The notes below the pieces were generated by a model, which had not been told where the DNA came from, searched no databases, and saw nothing but the letters and a program-made list of their open reading frames with translations. Both the position numbers and the translations under genes were made by a program. Shown here in pieces: positions 16,676-26,379 of a DNA stretch of 40,318 nucleotides (positions are counted from its first letter, which is position 1; each line of letters starts with the position of its first letter). Source of the stretch: a virus (lineage: Duplodnaviria > Caudoviricetes). The stretch lies in IMG/VR virus record IMGVR_UViG_3300029169_000009, positions 1-40,318 of that record; one strand, 5' to 3'.

Positions 16676-18829
16676 ATGCGACGAAGCTCGTTCAGGCGAA
16701 GGTTGATCAAAGCTTACTACGGGGATGCTGAGAACAGTTATGGTTCTTCAGATCTCAACACAGTAGAAGAAGCTCTATTTCCGCCATTGTCTAACGCTTC
16801 GCTGAAGTTGTTGTTTGGTAAGCCGAATGTGAATTGCATTGGTGATGCCACAATGTTCGATTATGCCGGCAACAGTCACGCTGTAATGCTGGATTTGAAA
16901 CAGTTCGGCTGTTCAATGGATGGTGTCGACGACGTTCTAACGATGTCGTCCACGTTCGATTTCAACTTCTTCGCCAGTTCGATTTCGTTTTGGATGTCTT
17001 CTTTCGAGATCCAGAGTCTTAATCCGTACTTGTTTGGCGACAGCGGTGATGCTGGGAATTATTTGCGGATTGTCAACGGTAACGAGATCGAGTTCAGCGC
17101 TTCAGGCACTGTCTGCTACCGAACCTTGAACTTGAACATGCCGGATAATCTGCAGGATACCAATTGGCGCCATTTTGTTGTTCAAAGAGACAATGAAGAT
17201 CTGGTTCTGTATATTGATGGTGTTCTCGCCGATCGTATACCCAACTGCGGAAATCACGCATGCACATTTGATTTGATTGGTAATTTCGCCTCCGGTACGA
17301 ATCGATTCGGAGGCGTCTTTAGTGATATCAGATTTTTCAATACGGTTCTCACCGCTCAACAAGTGAAGAACCTCCATGCGATGAACATGGACATCACTGA
17401 TGGGCTCGTTCATAAGTATGATTTCGATCGGTGCAATTACTTTGACTTAACTATTCCTGATACAGTGGGTTCCAACGACATTACTGTATCGGGTGCTGTT
17501 CCGCGACGCGGCGCTCCATTGCATACTTGCTGTAAATCTTCTCGCCCTTACGGCAATGATCCCAACAACAAATATGTCATACTGGGATCGAAATTCGTCA
17601 GCAATTCTCGAGCTACATTTGGAAATCTTGGCACATTGCTCAGTATCGACGGTGCTTCCTCAATCACCAAATGTATCTGGGTAAAGACGCACGTCCATAG
17701 TTCGAATTCAACCGATCCAGCGGCATACATGGACGTTGAGCGAGACGGTGTCAGTGATTTCGGTTTTGCATCAGTCAGCGGTGATCTTCGTTTCTATTAT
17801 AATTTCAATACATTAGGAAGCGGAAGCATCATATTGACTCAAGGTTTAGCCTTTGATCGTGTTCTCGGTGCTCAATGGCATCATTTGGCGTGTACCTATG
17901 ACGGTACAGACTTGAAGCTGTATTTGGACGGTAAGCTGTGCCGAACATTGAATGCGCCTGGTGATACGATCGTCCACAACTTCGTTTCGACGCTGAATCG
18001 CAGAATTACCACATTGGATGAACAAGCCAACGGCGGATATTCGGATTTCAGAATTTACAGCAATGCTCTCACTCAGTCCGATATTGCTGACATTATCGTT
18101 CACAAAGATCCGAGCCCTGGCACAAAATTATTTCACGCACCTTTGAATGACAACGGTACGACTCTGGTTGATATCGTTTCAGGAAACAATGGGACGATCG
18201 TCGGCAATGGGTTTACAACTCCTGGGGCTCCTACTACAAGACCATACATTATTCGCAAAGGACAATTGAGCGGCATCAACGCTGCCAGTGATATTGCCTT
18301 AATTCACAAGACACCCGATTACGCCATTAAAGATGGTACCTACCGTGGCGGTAGTATGATGATGGCTATGGAGCTTGAAGTGGCTCCGCAGTCCGATGGT
18401 GAAGTATGGGCAATGGGAGATATGACAGCGTATTCGGATTCAGTATTCGGCCGGTTGTTCAATTATCAGGACGGAACCTCTTCGTTTTACATATTTATAT
18501 ACAGTCCAGGGTTTTATAACGTCGAGTACAGTGCAATTAAGCCGTTTCCAAGAGGTGAGGTAAATACTTTGGTTTGGTCGATGAACAATGTCACCGATGA
18601 ACTCAGTACGGCAATCAACGGTGTCATTGATCCTCCTCGTAGTATTTACGTCAATGGTTCAAGTGGAGCGACCGGTATTGATTCGTCTGCATTTCTTTCA
18701 TTGCGTCACGAGCTCGCGTTGTATCCGCGCTTCATAGCTGAAATGAACTTGTTTTACGCCGCATTCGTCACAAAATCGTTAACCAGTAGTGAGGCCAAAG
18801 CGTTTCACTCATTTATCAACGGAATATGA
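16676..18829 (+). CDS. LamG (concanavalin A-like lectin) domain protein, probable virion adhesin
   Basis: Two clear LamG units (SISFW...WRHFVV...LYIDG...FSDIRFFNTVLT; CIWVK...WHHLACTYDG..LKLYLDG...SDFRIYSNALT) plus a degenerate third; start ATG 16676. Confidence 0.8.
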   Translation: MRRSSFRRRLIKAYYGDAENSYGSSDLNTVEEALFPPLSNASLKLLFGKPNVNCIGDATMFDYAGNSHAVMLDLKQFGCSMDGVDDVLTMSSTFDFNFFASSISFWMSSFEIQSLNPYLFGDSGDAGNYLRIVNGNEIEFSASGTVCYRTLNLNMPDNLQDTNWRHFVVQRDNEDLVLYIDGVLADRIPNCGNHACTFDLIGNFASGTNRFGGVFSDIRFFNTVLTAQQVKNLHAMNMDITDGLVHKYDFDRCNYFDLTIPDTVGSNDITVSGAVPRRGAPLHTCCKSSRPYGNDPNNKYVILGSKFVSNSRATFGNLGTLLSIDGASSITKCIWVKTHVHSSNSTDPAAYMDVERDGVSDFGFASVSGDLRFYYNFNTLGSGSIILTQGLAFDRVLGAQWHHLACTYDGTDLKLYLDGKLCRTLNAPGDTIVHNFVSTLNRRITTLDEQANGGYSDFRIYSNALTQSDIADIIVHKDPSPGTKLFHAPLNDNGTTLVDIVSGNNGTIVGNGFTTPGAPTTRPYIIRKGQLSGINAASDIALIHKTPDYAIKDGTYRGGSMMMAMELEVAPQSDGEVWAMGDMTAYSDSVFGRLFNYQDGTSSFYIFIYSPGFYNVEYSAIKPFPRGEVNTLVWSMNNVTDELSTAINGVIDPPRSIYVNGSSGATGIDSSAFLSLRHELALYPRFIAEMNLFYAAFVTKSLTSSEAKAFHSFINGI

Positions 18830-19281
18830 AACTTTACATTGAACAAGCTAGCATACCTTCTTCGCCGAACGACCCGGTTATTTGGTCGAAAGTTAGTTCG
18901 AATTTTGCGTCTATGGCAGATTGTCGAAGTGATTTCCAAACCCGATTATCGGCATTAGCCAATGGTCAAATGCTGCGCGAACACTTCAGCCCGGCCGGCG
19001 AATCGGAATCGAACATCGTCGGCGGAGGAAGCTACGTTCACGTTGTAAAAAAAGTGGACGGAGAGGATGTCGAATCTGTTAACACGATTCGATCCACTTT
19101 TTATCGGTTCAAGGCAAAGCCAGTTATGGATCGAGAAATCGCTTTTGATACGCAACAGAAAAGAGATGATGCTCGATCAGGAGTTAAGACATTCAAAGGT
19201 AACGAAGCTGATTTTCAACCTAGCATAGACGCTCATCAGAACAAAATTGATGCCCAATTAAACGCAATCATCACAACTTAG
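18826..19281 (+). CDS. Hypothetical protein
   Basis: ATGA coupling with the LamG gene. Confidence 0.65.
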   Translation: MKLYIEQASIPSSPNDPVIWSKVSSNFASMADCRSDFQTRLSALANGQMLREHFSPAGESESNIVGGGSYVHVVKKVDGEDVESVNTIRSTFYRFKAKPVMDREIAFDTQQKRDDARSGVKTFKGNEADFQPSIDAHQNKIDAQLNAIITT

Positions 19282-19578
19282 GTGATCGACATGGACAATG
19301 GAGCCGTAACAGTTGTGATAGGCATTGCTGCACTTTTCTTGACATTAGTTGGGACATTTGGCGCCATATTGAAATTTATGTTCAATATTCGCGAACAAAT
19401 CATGAAGGAGTTGAAAGAGCTCGCCCTTCACAACGCTAATTTTCGAGTCAGTCACGAAAAATCGATGTCGGATTTCAAACTGATGATTTCAGATACGTAC
19501 GGTAAAAAGGAAGATATCGTAAAACTGTATGAACGAGTCAACGATTTGGATACCAGGATAGCGAAATTAGAAAATTAG
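19282..19578 (+). CDS. Small membrane protein (N-terminal TM helix plus coiled coil; holin-like architecture)
   Basis: AVTVVIGIAALFLTLVGTFGAILKFMF hydrophobic helix followed by charged heptads. Confidence 0.55.
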   Translation: MIDMDNGAVTVVIGIAALFLTLVGTFGAILKFMFNIREQIMKELKELALHNANFRVSHEKSMSDFKLMISDTYGKKEDIVKLYERVNDLDTRIAKLEN

Positions 19579-19590
19579 GGTTGCCGGTCC

Positions 19591-19971
19591 ATGAAAAAGC
19601 AGTACACAATCTTGCTTGTTGAAAACGATCAAAAATCGATAGAACAAATTAAGACTTGCGCTCTGCAACATCTGCACTGTAACTGGAACTTTATCATCGC
19701 GAAAAATCAATTCAAAGCGCTTGCCACACTTGCCACAAAAAAGATCGACTTCTGTATCCTTAACTTCAATATTTCAAGGTTCTTCAAACCGAAAGAGATA
19801 CTGGAGCACTGTAAAAGAATCCATATACCGTGTATTGTAACTCGATGTAACAATTTGCCGAGAAAATTAGTTGGCACAGATACGGTGCATTTGAAAGGCG
19901 CAATGTCAGATCAAGTGTGTCACATCGTAGAACAAAAACTGGAAAACACAACAAACACTGTAAGCGCGTAA
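19591..19971 (+). CDS. CheY-like pseudo-receiver domain protein
   Basis: ILLVEND, ALA.L....DFCILNFNI, IPCIVT and LK follow the receiver fold, but the phospho-acceptor Asp position is Asn. Confidence 0.6.
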   Translation: MKKQYTILLVENDQKSIEQIKTCALQHLHCNWNFIIAKNQFKALATLATKKIDFCILNFNISRFFKPKEILEHCKRIHIPCIVTRCNNLPRKLVGTDTVHLKGAMSDQVCHIVEQKLENTTNTVSA

Positions 19972-20024
19972 TACATTGTAAAAGTGTGATACGAAGCCGC
20001 TGGCTTTTATCAAAGAATTTTCGA

Positions 20025-20075
20025 AGGTTAACAGCTTGGGCACCCCCCAAGTGGCCCAAGGTGGGCTGTTAACCT
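20025..20075. other. Nested inverted repeat / long hairpin upstream of the small terminase
   Basis: AGGTTAACAGC (20025-20035) pairs with GCTGTTAACCT (20065-20075); inner CTTGGGCAC/GTGGCCCAAG stem. Confidence 0.6.
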
Positions 20076-20139
20076 ATCTGCAATTATTCGATATTGCAAG
20101 TAAAAAATTATTTTTTTGAAAAATTTTTTAGGATGTGAA

Positions 20140-20973
20140 ATGGAAGACAGTACAACCTCATCAAGGTCCGCACCATTGATGGATTCAAATCAACATAGAA
20201 AAAAAAGACAAAGGCTGTATACGAAGTATGGTCACCTGATCGGTGCGAAGACTGAAGACATACCAGAGAAGCATAGAGCCAAGGTAGGTGGTCTACGTTG
20301 CTTTCATGTAAAGACTGTTGATGGTGTTCGAAAGCGATGTGGTAAACCAGCTACTACCGGTAGCCTTTACTGTAAGAAGCCTCATAATGGTGCCAATACC
20401 AGAGCTCTGGTAACTGGTAAGTATTCGTCGAAGCAGTTGACTCAATACCGTGGTTCATTCGATAATCGTATGAGTATGGTGTTCGAAGCGTTCCTGAACG
20501 ATTCTGATATCGTCGACCACAAAAGAGAGCTAGCCACTCTGAGAATGGTCTTAAGTAACTATCTCAAAACCGTTACAACCACTGTTGATGAAAAAACCGC
20601 TGAAGAAAAGATGGAATGGGTACGCTCCATTATGGATCAAGGGAATCGATTACCCGAAAAGCGATGGGAAGTGATCGTTGAGTACGTCAGCCGCGAAAAA
20701 TCAATGGATGATCCAGATGTAATCGATCGTATCAATAAGTTGGTGGACAATATCGGTAAATCGATTGAGAGGGTGATGAAGATCGAAAACGCCAGTAACT
20801 ACATGATGACTCCAGAAGGGTATCGAATTTTGTTACGTTCGATACTTGAAGTGATCGGTAACGTGATCAAAGAACCGGATGTAATTCGAAAAGTCAAAGA
20901 GGGTTTCATGGATATTAGTGTCAACACTGGTGGCGATTTGTCAAAATCCGGCACGGACCCGATTGACGTCTGA
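20140..20973 (+). CDS. Putative terminase small subunit (N-terminal Cys/His Zn-finger)
   Basis: RC...RCGKPATTGSLYCKKPHNG resembles the C..C..C..HGG finger found in terminase small subunits; located two genes upstream of the large terminase. Confidence 0.55.
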   Translation: MEDSTTSSRSAPLMDSNQHRKKRQRLYTKYGHLIGAKTEDIPEKHRAKVGGLRCFHVKTVDGVRKRCGKPATTGSLYCKKPHNGANTRALVTGKYSSKQLTQYRGSFDNRMSMVFEAFLNDSDIVDHKRELATLRMVLSNYLKTVTTTVDEKTAEEKMEWVRSIMDQGNRLPEKRWEVIVEYVSREKSMDDPDVIDRINKLVDNIGKSIERVMKIENASNYMMTPEGYRILLRSILEVIGNVIKEPDVIRKVKEGFMDISVNTGGDLSKSGTDPIDV

Positions 20974-21028
20974 ATTTGAAAATCTCTGATCAATGATTAC
21001 AATACGGTAACAACCACAGGAGACTAAA

Positions 21029-21469
21029 ATGAAAACAGCTGTGATTCTTCTACTGCGAACAGTGATCAGTAACCGGGCCTTTGTCGAAACGCTAATGGCG
21101 TGGTGCCTCAAAAAGCTTCTCATGATTGCAACAAAGAAGTTGTCAAAACTTGAGGCCGAAGGTGGACCAAAGACAGATGAAAAGGTTGCAGACATGGTTA
21201 AGACCATGAATCGCATCCAAGAAACGATGACGCTGGCGCAGACTGTCTTCAATACGATGATTGAGCAGTCGGCATACGAAGGCGACAAAGTTGAGAAGGT
21301 CGAGTCTACGAAAAACGTTCAAGGTGTCAAAGGTACGACAACGGTTCGCGGTCGCATTCTGACTTCCAACGATATCATTAACATCGGCATGAAGACGCTC
21401 AACAGTTGGAGCAAAAAGAGACCAACTCCGGAAGATTACACCAACAACAAAGGTGCATTTATTAAGTAA
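21029..21469 (+). CDS. Hypothetical protein
   Basis: AGGAG SD; TAATG coupling to the large terminase. Confidence 0.65.
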   Translation: MKTAVILLLRTVISNRAFVETLMAWCLKKLLMIATKKLSKLEAEGGPKTDEKVADMVKTMNRIQETMTLAQTVFNTMIEQSAYEGDKVEKVESTKNVQGVKGTTTVRGRILTSNDIINIGMKTLNSWSKKRPTPEDYTNNKGAFIK

Positions 21470-23229
21470 TGCCAGTACAAACGGTCGCTCGATTAAACGA
21501 TCGATTTCGAATTGACGACCCGCTCAAGTTCCTCGCTGAAAACTTATCTGACGGCACTGATGAACAGGATTTCGCTTTATCGGAGCCGATCGTTCCGATT
21601 GAGGAGTTCATAGAGTCAAAAAAGTTTCTCAATCAAAAGTGGAACGGTCGGCGCGGGTGCAGGCCGAAAATCGTTGAAATCTTGAAAAAAGTTGCGGATG
21701 ATGGTATCCGCGAAGCAATTCTTCTCCTGGGTAAGGGCTCCGGTAAAGACTACGGAGCCAGTATCTTGCACCTGTACGGTATCTATAAGTGCCTGTGCAT
21801 GGTGAATCCTCAAGCTTATTACGGCCTCTCCTCTGGATCTTCGATCTATTTTGTCAATACTGCCCGTAACGAAAAACAGGCGAAGCTTGTTTTCTTCACA
21901 GAGTTCAAAGGGATGTTATTGAACTGCCCTTGGTTTCACGGTAAACACGCGCCACCTGGTACTCAAGCAGTAGTGTTCGACAAAGGTATCACAGCACTGT
22001 CAGCTAATAGTCAGGCGTTCGCATGGCTTGGTTATAATACGATTCAGTGGGTTGGCGATGAGATCGCCTTCTTCTTGGAGAACGACAGTGATGAAACTTC
22101 CGAAAGTCGTGCTGAAGAGTGTTGGCAGGCAGCTTACGGATCGTGTCAGACTCGATTCACACATCACTACAAAATGATCGGGATTACAACGCCTCGAGCT
22201 GAAGATGATTTCGTGATGGACAAATTTCACGAACTTGAAGAGCGTGACGATGGTTATTCTGTTCAGGCGGCGACATGGGATATCAATCCGAATCTGACGA
22301 TTAAAGATTTTCACCATGCGTTAACTCGCGATTATCGTCGTGCGATGCGCGACTTCGGCGCCAAACCGATGGGTGTAATCGAAGGGTTTTGGAGTGACCC
22401 CGAGTTCATCGAAGATAACGTTAAGGAGATATGTCGCCAGTGTCCGATTTACACAGAGAGGCAAGGCAAGAGCGATCTTTACCGGTGCTTCGATTATGAT
22501 GCGTGTAGAGGTAACGCTTATGCCGGCAACGGAGAGTGGAGAGAATGGTTCAAAGAGATCGTTGATCACGAAGCCGAATATTTTATGCACTTCGACTTGT
22601 CGAAGAATAAAGATCGAATCGGTTTCTCTCTCGGTCACTCAGTCGGCAGTATCAATGTTCAAATTGATCCGTGGGCGCTTGATGAGCGCGCGAGAAAAGA
22701 AAGGATTGATATCAGTGAACTTGACGAATCGGAGAAGTATGAAGATCGGCCGCTGATTCTGATTGATGCGATTGGCTGGGTATCGAACGATCCCGAACGG
22801 CACGGAGCCTTGTTAAAGAACAGAGAATTTCATTACGACAGCATATTGAAGCGATTGATATACCAGTTAAAGGACTTTGGCTGTAATGTCGTCAAAGTCA
22901 CGGTTGACCAATACCAGAGTCATCATTTTAAGCAGTCATTAGAAGATCGCGGATACGAGACTGAGCTGATATCGCTCGATCGAACTGATGAGATACCAGC
23001 TCAGTCAAAATCGACCTTGGTTGAGAATCGTGTCGAGTATTGTTATGACAAACTGTTGACACTAGAAGCTAAGAATCTGAAATACCTGAATGGTAAAAAG
23101 GTCGACCACGCTCAGAAAAAATCAAAAGACGTGTGGGATGGTTTTGCAGGGACCATATATGACGTCGAAGTGAACTACGGCGGTTCTGGTTGTTTTGAAG
23201 ATATATCGGGAGACTATGACGAGTATTGA
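21469..23229 (+). CDS. terL: Terminase large subunit
   Basis: Walker A LLLGKGSGKD, Walker B QWVGDEIAF, coupling motif ITTP, RNase H-like MHFDLSKNKD, VTVDQYQS and KDVWD; adjacent to the portal gene. Confidence 0.9.
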   Translation: MPVQTVARLNDRFRIDDPLKFLAENLSDGTDEQDFALSEPIVPIEEFIESKKFLNQKWNGRRGCRPKIVEILKKVADDGIREAILLLGKGSGKDYGASILHLYGIYKCLCMVNPQAYYGLSSGSSIYFVNTARNEKQAKLVFFTEFKGMLLNCPWFHGKHAPPGTQAVVFDKGITALSANSQAFAWLGYNTIQWVGDEIAFFLENDSDETSESRAEECWQAAYGSCQTRFTHHYKMIGITTPRAEDDFVMDKFHELEERDDGYSVQAATWDINPNLTIKDFHHALTRDYRRAMRDFGAKPMGVIEGFWSDPEFIEDNVKEICRQCPIYTERQGKSDLYRCFDYDACRGNAYAGNGEWREWFKEIVDHEAEYFMHFDLSKNKDRIGFSLGHSVGSINVQIDPWALDERARKERIDISELDESEKYEDRPLILIDAIGWVSNDPERHGALLKNREFHYDSILKRLIYQLKDFGCNVVKVTVDQYQSHHFKQSLEDRGYETELISLDRTDEIPAQSKSTLVENRVEYCYDKLLTLEAKNLKYLNGKKVDHAQKKSKDVWDGFAGTIYDVEVNYGGSGCFEDISGDYDEY

Positions 23230-23357
23230 AAATTGGACCGATTATCTTCATAGGCGCTTGAATCTTGTGAAAAATGCGTCAGAAGTTTTTGATTTGCCTG
23301 GCGGACTACCTCAAGTGGGTGTATTATCCGGGCTGAAGTGAATTTATGGGATGATAA

Positions 23358-25070
23358 ATGGCTGATACACTGACATTAAAAAGAATCAATGTGAATAGCA
23401 GTACCTTGCCTAAGTATGGGCTGACTGATACTCGATCCAAAAAGGCATCCGGTTTCATTCAGGATATCCAGACCACTGGTGATTTTTATCGTCAGCCGTT
23501 CATCAAACTTTCATCGCATGATGCTTTCAAATTGTACGAGTTCAATGAATGGGTTAACGCAGTTGTTAATCGGATCGTTGAAGATTGTGTAAAAGTTAAA
23601 CCTTTGATCACCGGTTTGGATAAAACCAAGAAGATGACGCCGGCTCGTCAACGAAGGATTGATATCGTCACTGATTTTATTGGCAAGCCGAACAACAATA
23701 AAGAGACATTTTCACAACTTCGATACAAGTATTTGAAGGATCATTTGATCTTTGGTCATGGTGCGTACGAGAAGGTTGTAGACCCTGACAGTCGAAGACT
23801 TCTTGAGCTGCACAGTCTTCAATCACAATTTATTGAAATACAGTCGGATGATCGCGGTAACCTGGTACCGAAGAATACGTATAAATTGCTGGTTGGGAAT
23901 TTTCGGGGTAGGTCAAAAGCTCGCCGGCGAACTGAGATTCAATTTGACAAAGACGAAGTGATATTTTCGGTAATGTCGCCTCAGTCGGGAAGTCATTACG
24001 GTATTAAGCCACTTGATACTTTGGCTAATAGCGTCGCCAGTGATTTGCTGCGCGCTGCATATAATAGTAACTTTTTCATCAACGGTTCTGAGTCGAGCGG
24101 TATCATATCTGTAGAAGGTATGAGCCGTACAGAGCTTCGTCGGTTTCGTCAATACTGGGAGAGTCAATTCAAAGGAGCGAAAAACGGTCATAAGATTGCT
24201 GCCGTCAATGTTCCAGTAGAATTTGTTCGTATGGCGATGACCAATAGGGATATGCAATTTGGTGAGTACGGCATCGAATTGAGGAGTAAGATTTTTGCTG
24301 TGTATGGTATGCAGCCTGTGATCATGGGTATCACTGAAGGCGGCGGTGGTCCGATTAAAAGCAAAGATGAAGCGATCAAATGTTATAAAAATGCAGCCAT
24401 CAAGCCGTTACTTCGCAAAGAGACCGAACGTTACAACATGGAGATTATCCGGGACGGATTCGGTTTCGATGATATCGGCTTCGATTTCGGCGCTATTGAT
24501 GATCTGGACCTGGAAACTCAGTCGAAGATTGATGAGATCGACCTGAGAACAGGTGTCCGCGTTATCAATGAGGTCCGAAAAACTCGTCAGATGTCAGAAG
24601 TACCGTGGGGTGACAACCCATTGGTTCTCACTCCGGGCGGCGGTCAAGTAGACGACGAAGGTAATCTGATACCACCGAGAGAACAGCCGACGAATAAACC
24701 CAACAGTGGTAAAAAACCGAACGACGACAAAAAGCCAAATTCCGGTTCCAACAGTTCCAAAGACATTACAATGTTTACAATGTATTCGAAGTGTTTAACG
24801 TCTTATACAATGGACTTGTATGATTCAGTGGATAGTGTGGACAGTGACGTTTTTAATGTTAAGTTTGGGGATTTTGATCAGAGTTTTATATGCGAAAACT
24901 TCAAAACTTTACAGGGAGCCTTACTTAGTGTAAGCCTGTATCGAGAAATTGAGAAAATATTTTCGGAAAACTTTTCCGGATCGAAAGCGCTTTTGAAACA
25001 GCGCATAGATTATTTTGTCAAAGAGCTAAAACGTAGCGAAATCTTTGAGGAACTTGAAAATGGGGTATAA
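23358..25070 (+). CDS. Portal protein (HK97-family-like) with C-terminal extension
   Basis: WVNAVVNRI, D.LIFGHGAY, YGIKPLD, FFINGS..SGII, I..VYG, INEVR...PWGD portal motifs. Confidence 0.9.
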   Translation: MADTLTLKRINVNSSTLPKYGLTDTRSKKASGFIQDIQTTGDFYRQPFIKLSSHDAFKLYEFNEWVNAVVNRIVEDCVKVKPLITGLDKTKKMTPARQRRIDIVTDFIGKPNNNKETFSQLRYKYLKDHLIFGHGAYEKVVDPDSRRLLELHSLQSQFIEIQSDDRGNLVPKNTYKLLVGNFRGRSKARRRTEIQFDKDEVIFSVMSPQSGSHYGIKPLDTLANSVASDLLRAAYNSNFFINGSESSGIISVEGMSRTELRRFRQYWESQFKGAKNGHKIAAVNVPVEFVRMAMTNRDMQFGEYGIELRSKIFAVYGMQPVIMGITEGGGGPIKSKDEAIKCYKNAAIKPLLRKETERYNMEIIRDGFGFDDIGFDFGAIDDLDLETQSKIDEIDLRTGVRVINEVRKTRQMSEVPWGDNPLVLTPGGGQVDDEGNLIPPREQPTNKPNSGKKPNDDKKPNSGSNSSKDITMFTMYSKCLTSYTMDLYDSVDSVDSDVFNVKFGDFDQSFICENFKTLQGALLSVSLYREIEKIFSENFSGSKALLKQRIDYFVKELKRSEIFEELENGV

Positions 25071-26340
25071 AAATTTAGTCATTGGTCCTGACGAGTTTGA
25101 GAATTATGGGATTAAGTCCCATTACGATGTCGACTCGATGATTGACGAGATCAAGTACGCAGTCAAACAAGCGGACACCGATGATGAAACGATCAAAACT
25201 GTCAAAATGTCAGATGTTGACGCCGATGACCTGAAAGGGGTAGGCAATCTGGAATCTGTCAATAAAGACGCTGTTGAGACGGGACGTACTGTAAAAGGGC
25301 TGATTGCCACTGTTGACAAAGACCGAGCTGATGACATCATCCCTTTTGATACGTTCAAAAAGTCCAAAGACGATCTCACTGAGAAAGGTTCGTCGACTGT
25401 TTTCTTCAATCATGATACCGACACTCCGATCGGAATCGTCCGAAAAACCAATGTCACGAAGCGTGGAATGTTTGCTGAGATTTTCATCAGTAAAGCATCC
25501 GATGTTGATGACATTTGGACGAAAGTGAAAGAAGGCATCATCAATTCGTTTTCAATCCGTCTACGTCCTAAGAAGGTGGAAATCGTTCGGGACGAGGTGA
25601 CCGGTACGATCGACAGTTTTAAGATTCTGGATATGGATCTGTTTGAAGCCAGCTTGGTAGGGCTTCCAATGAATGCGAAAGCGAATATCCAACAAGTAAT
25701 TGAAAAGTCTTTCAAGGCAAAGGCTGTTCAGTTGAACCAAGCAATACTAACCCAAAGCGAGGATAGCATGAGCGATAAAGAAAAAACAATGACGGAAGTC
25801 GCTTCCAAGCTCATTGAAGGTAAGATCGATGACCTTCAAAAGAGTCTTGCTGAAACGACTGCCAAAGTTGCTGCTGATGCCGCGACGGCAGCTGTCACCG
25901 AAGCCTTGAAGAATTTTCAACCGCCCGCACCAAAGGTTGAAGATGATAAGGTTGAGGACGCGCCGGCCGACAAAGCCAAAGCAGCCGATCAGGACGCAAA
26001 GTCCGATGAACCCAGCGAAGCCAAAGTGATGGCGGACGCAATTTTGAAAGGGATTGCTGGTCTGGTGGCCACGAAGAACGAGAAAGTCGATGAACCTACC
26101 AAGAAGGGCGTGAATCAAGACACCGAAGATTCGGATGACGAAGATGGCGCTCCACGGAAGGTTCTCAAGTCCGCCGAAGATGCTGACACGATCAAGTACG
26201 TCCGTCACATCCTCTTGAACGCTCCTGAAGAGTACAAAGCTCTCAGCGAACGGGAGAGGGAAATCGCAAAGCAGGTGTACTTCCAATACCACGCTGTCGC
26301 CATGAAGTCCGGTTTGGTATCCATCGGCTCGAGCAAGTAA
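25060..26340 (+). CDS. HK97-type prohead protease fused to a scaffold-like C-terminal region
   Basis: DRADDII, FFNHD...PIG, GIINSFSI and EASLVGLPMN (His/Ser/Glu protease motifs); A/D/E/K-rich helical tail; GAGGA SD before ATG 25060. Confidence 0.88.
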   Translation: MGYKNLVIGPDEFENYGIKSHYDVDSMIDEIKYAVKQADTDDETIKTVKMSDVDADDLKGVGNLESVNKDAVETGRTVKGLIATVDKDRADDIIPFDTFKKSKDDLTEKGSSTVFFNHDTDTPIGIVRKTNVTKRGMFAEIFISKASDVDDIWTKVKEGIINSFSIRLRPKKVEIVRDEVTGTIDSFKILDMDLFEASLVGLPMNAKANIQQVIEKSFKAKAVQLNQAILTQSEDSMSDKEKTMTEVASKLIEGKIDDLQKSLAETTAKVAADAATAAVTEALKNFQPPAPKVEDDKVEDAPADKAKAADQDAKSDEPSEAKVMADAILKGIAGLVATKNEKVDEPTKKGVNQDTEDSDDEDGAPRKVLKSAEDADTIKYVRHILLNAPEEYKALSEREREIAKQVYFQYHAVAMKSGLVSIGSSK

Positions 26341-26379
26341 GAACCCACACACAGAAAACCACACACAGAGGAAACAAAC

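Noticed and set aside
18826-19578. Stop-codon recoding (TAG read-through joining in-frame ORFs)
   Set aside because: All conserved genes are intact under code 11, and TAG, TGA and TAA all terminate well-tiled genes.
23296-23335. Possible structured RNA between terminase and portal (GCCTGG...CCGGGC)
   Set aside because: Only a short, imperfect stem with no recognisable tRNA or riboswitch features.
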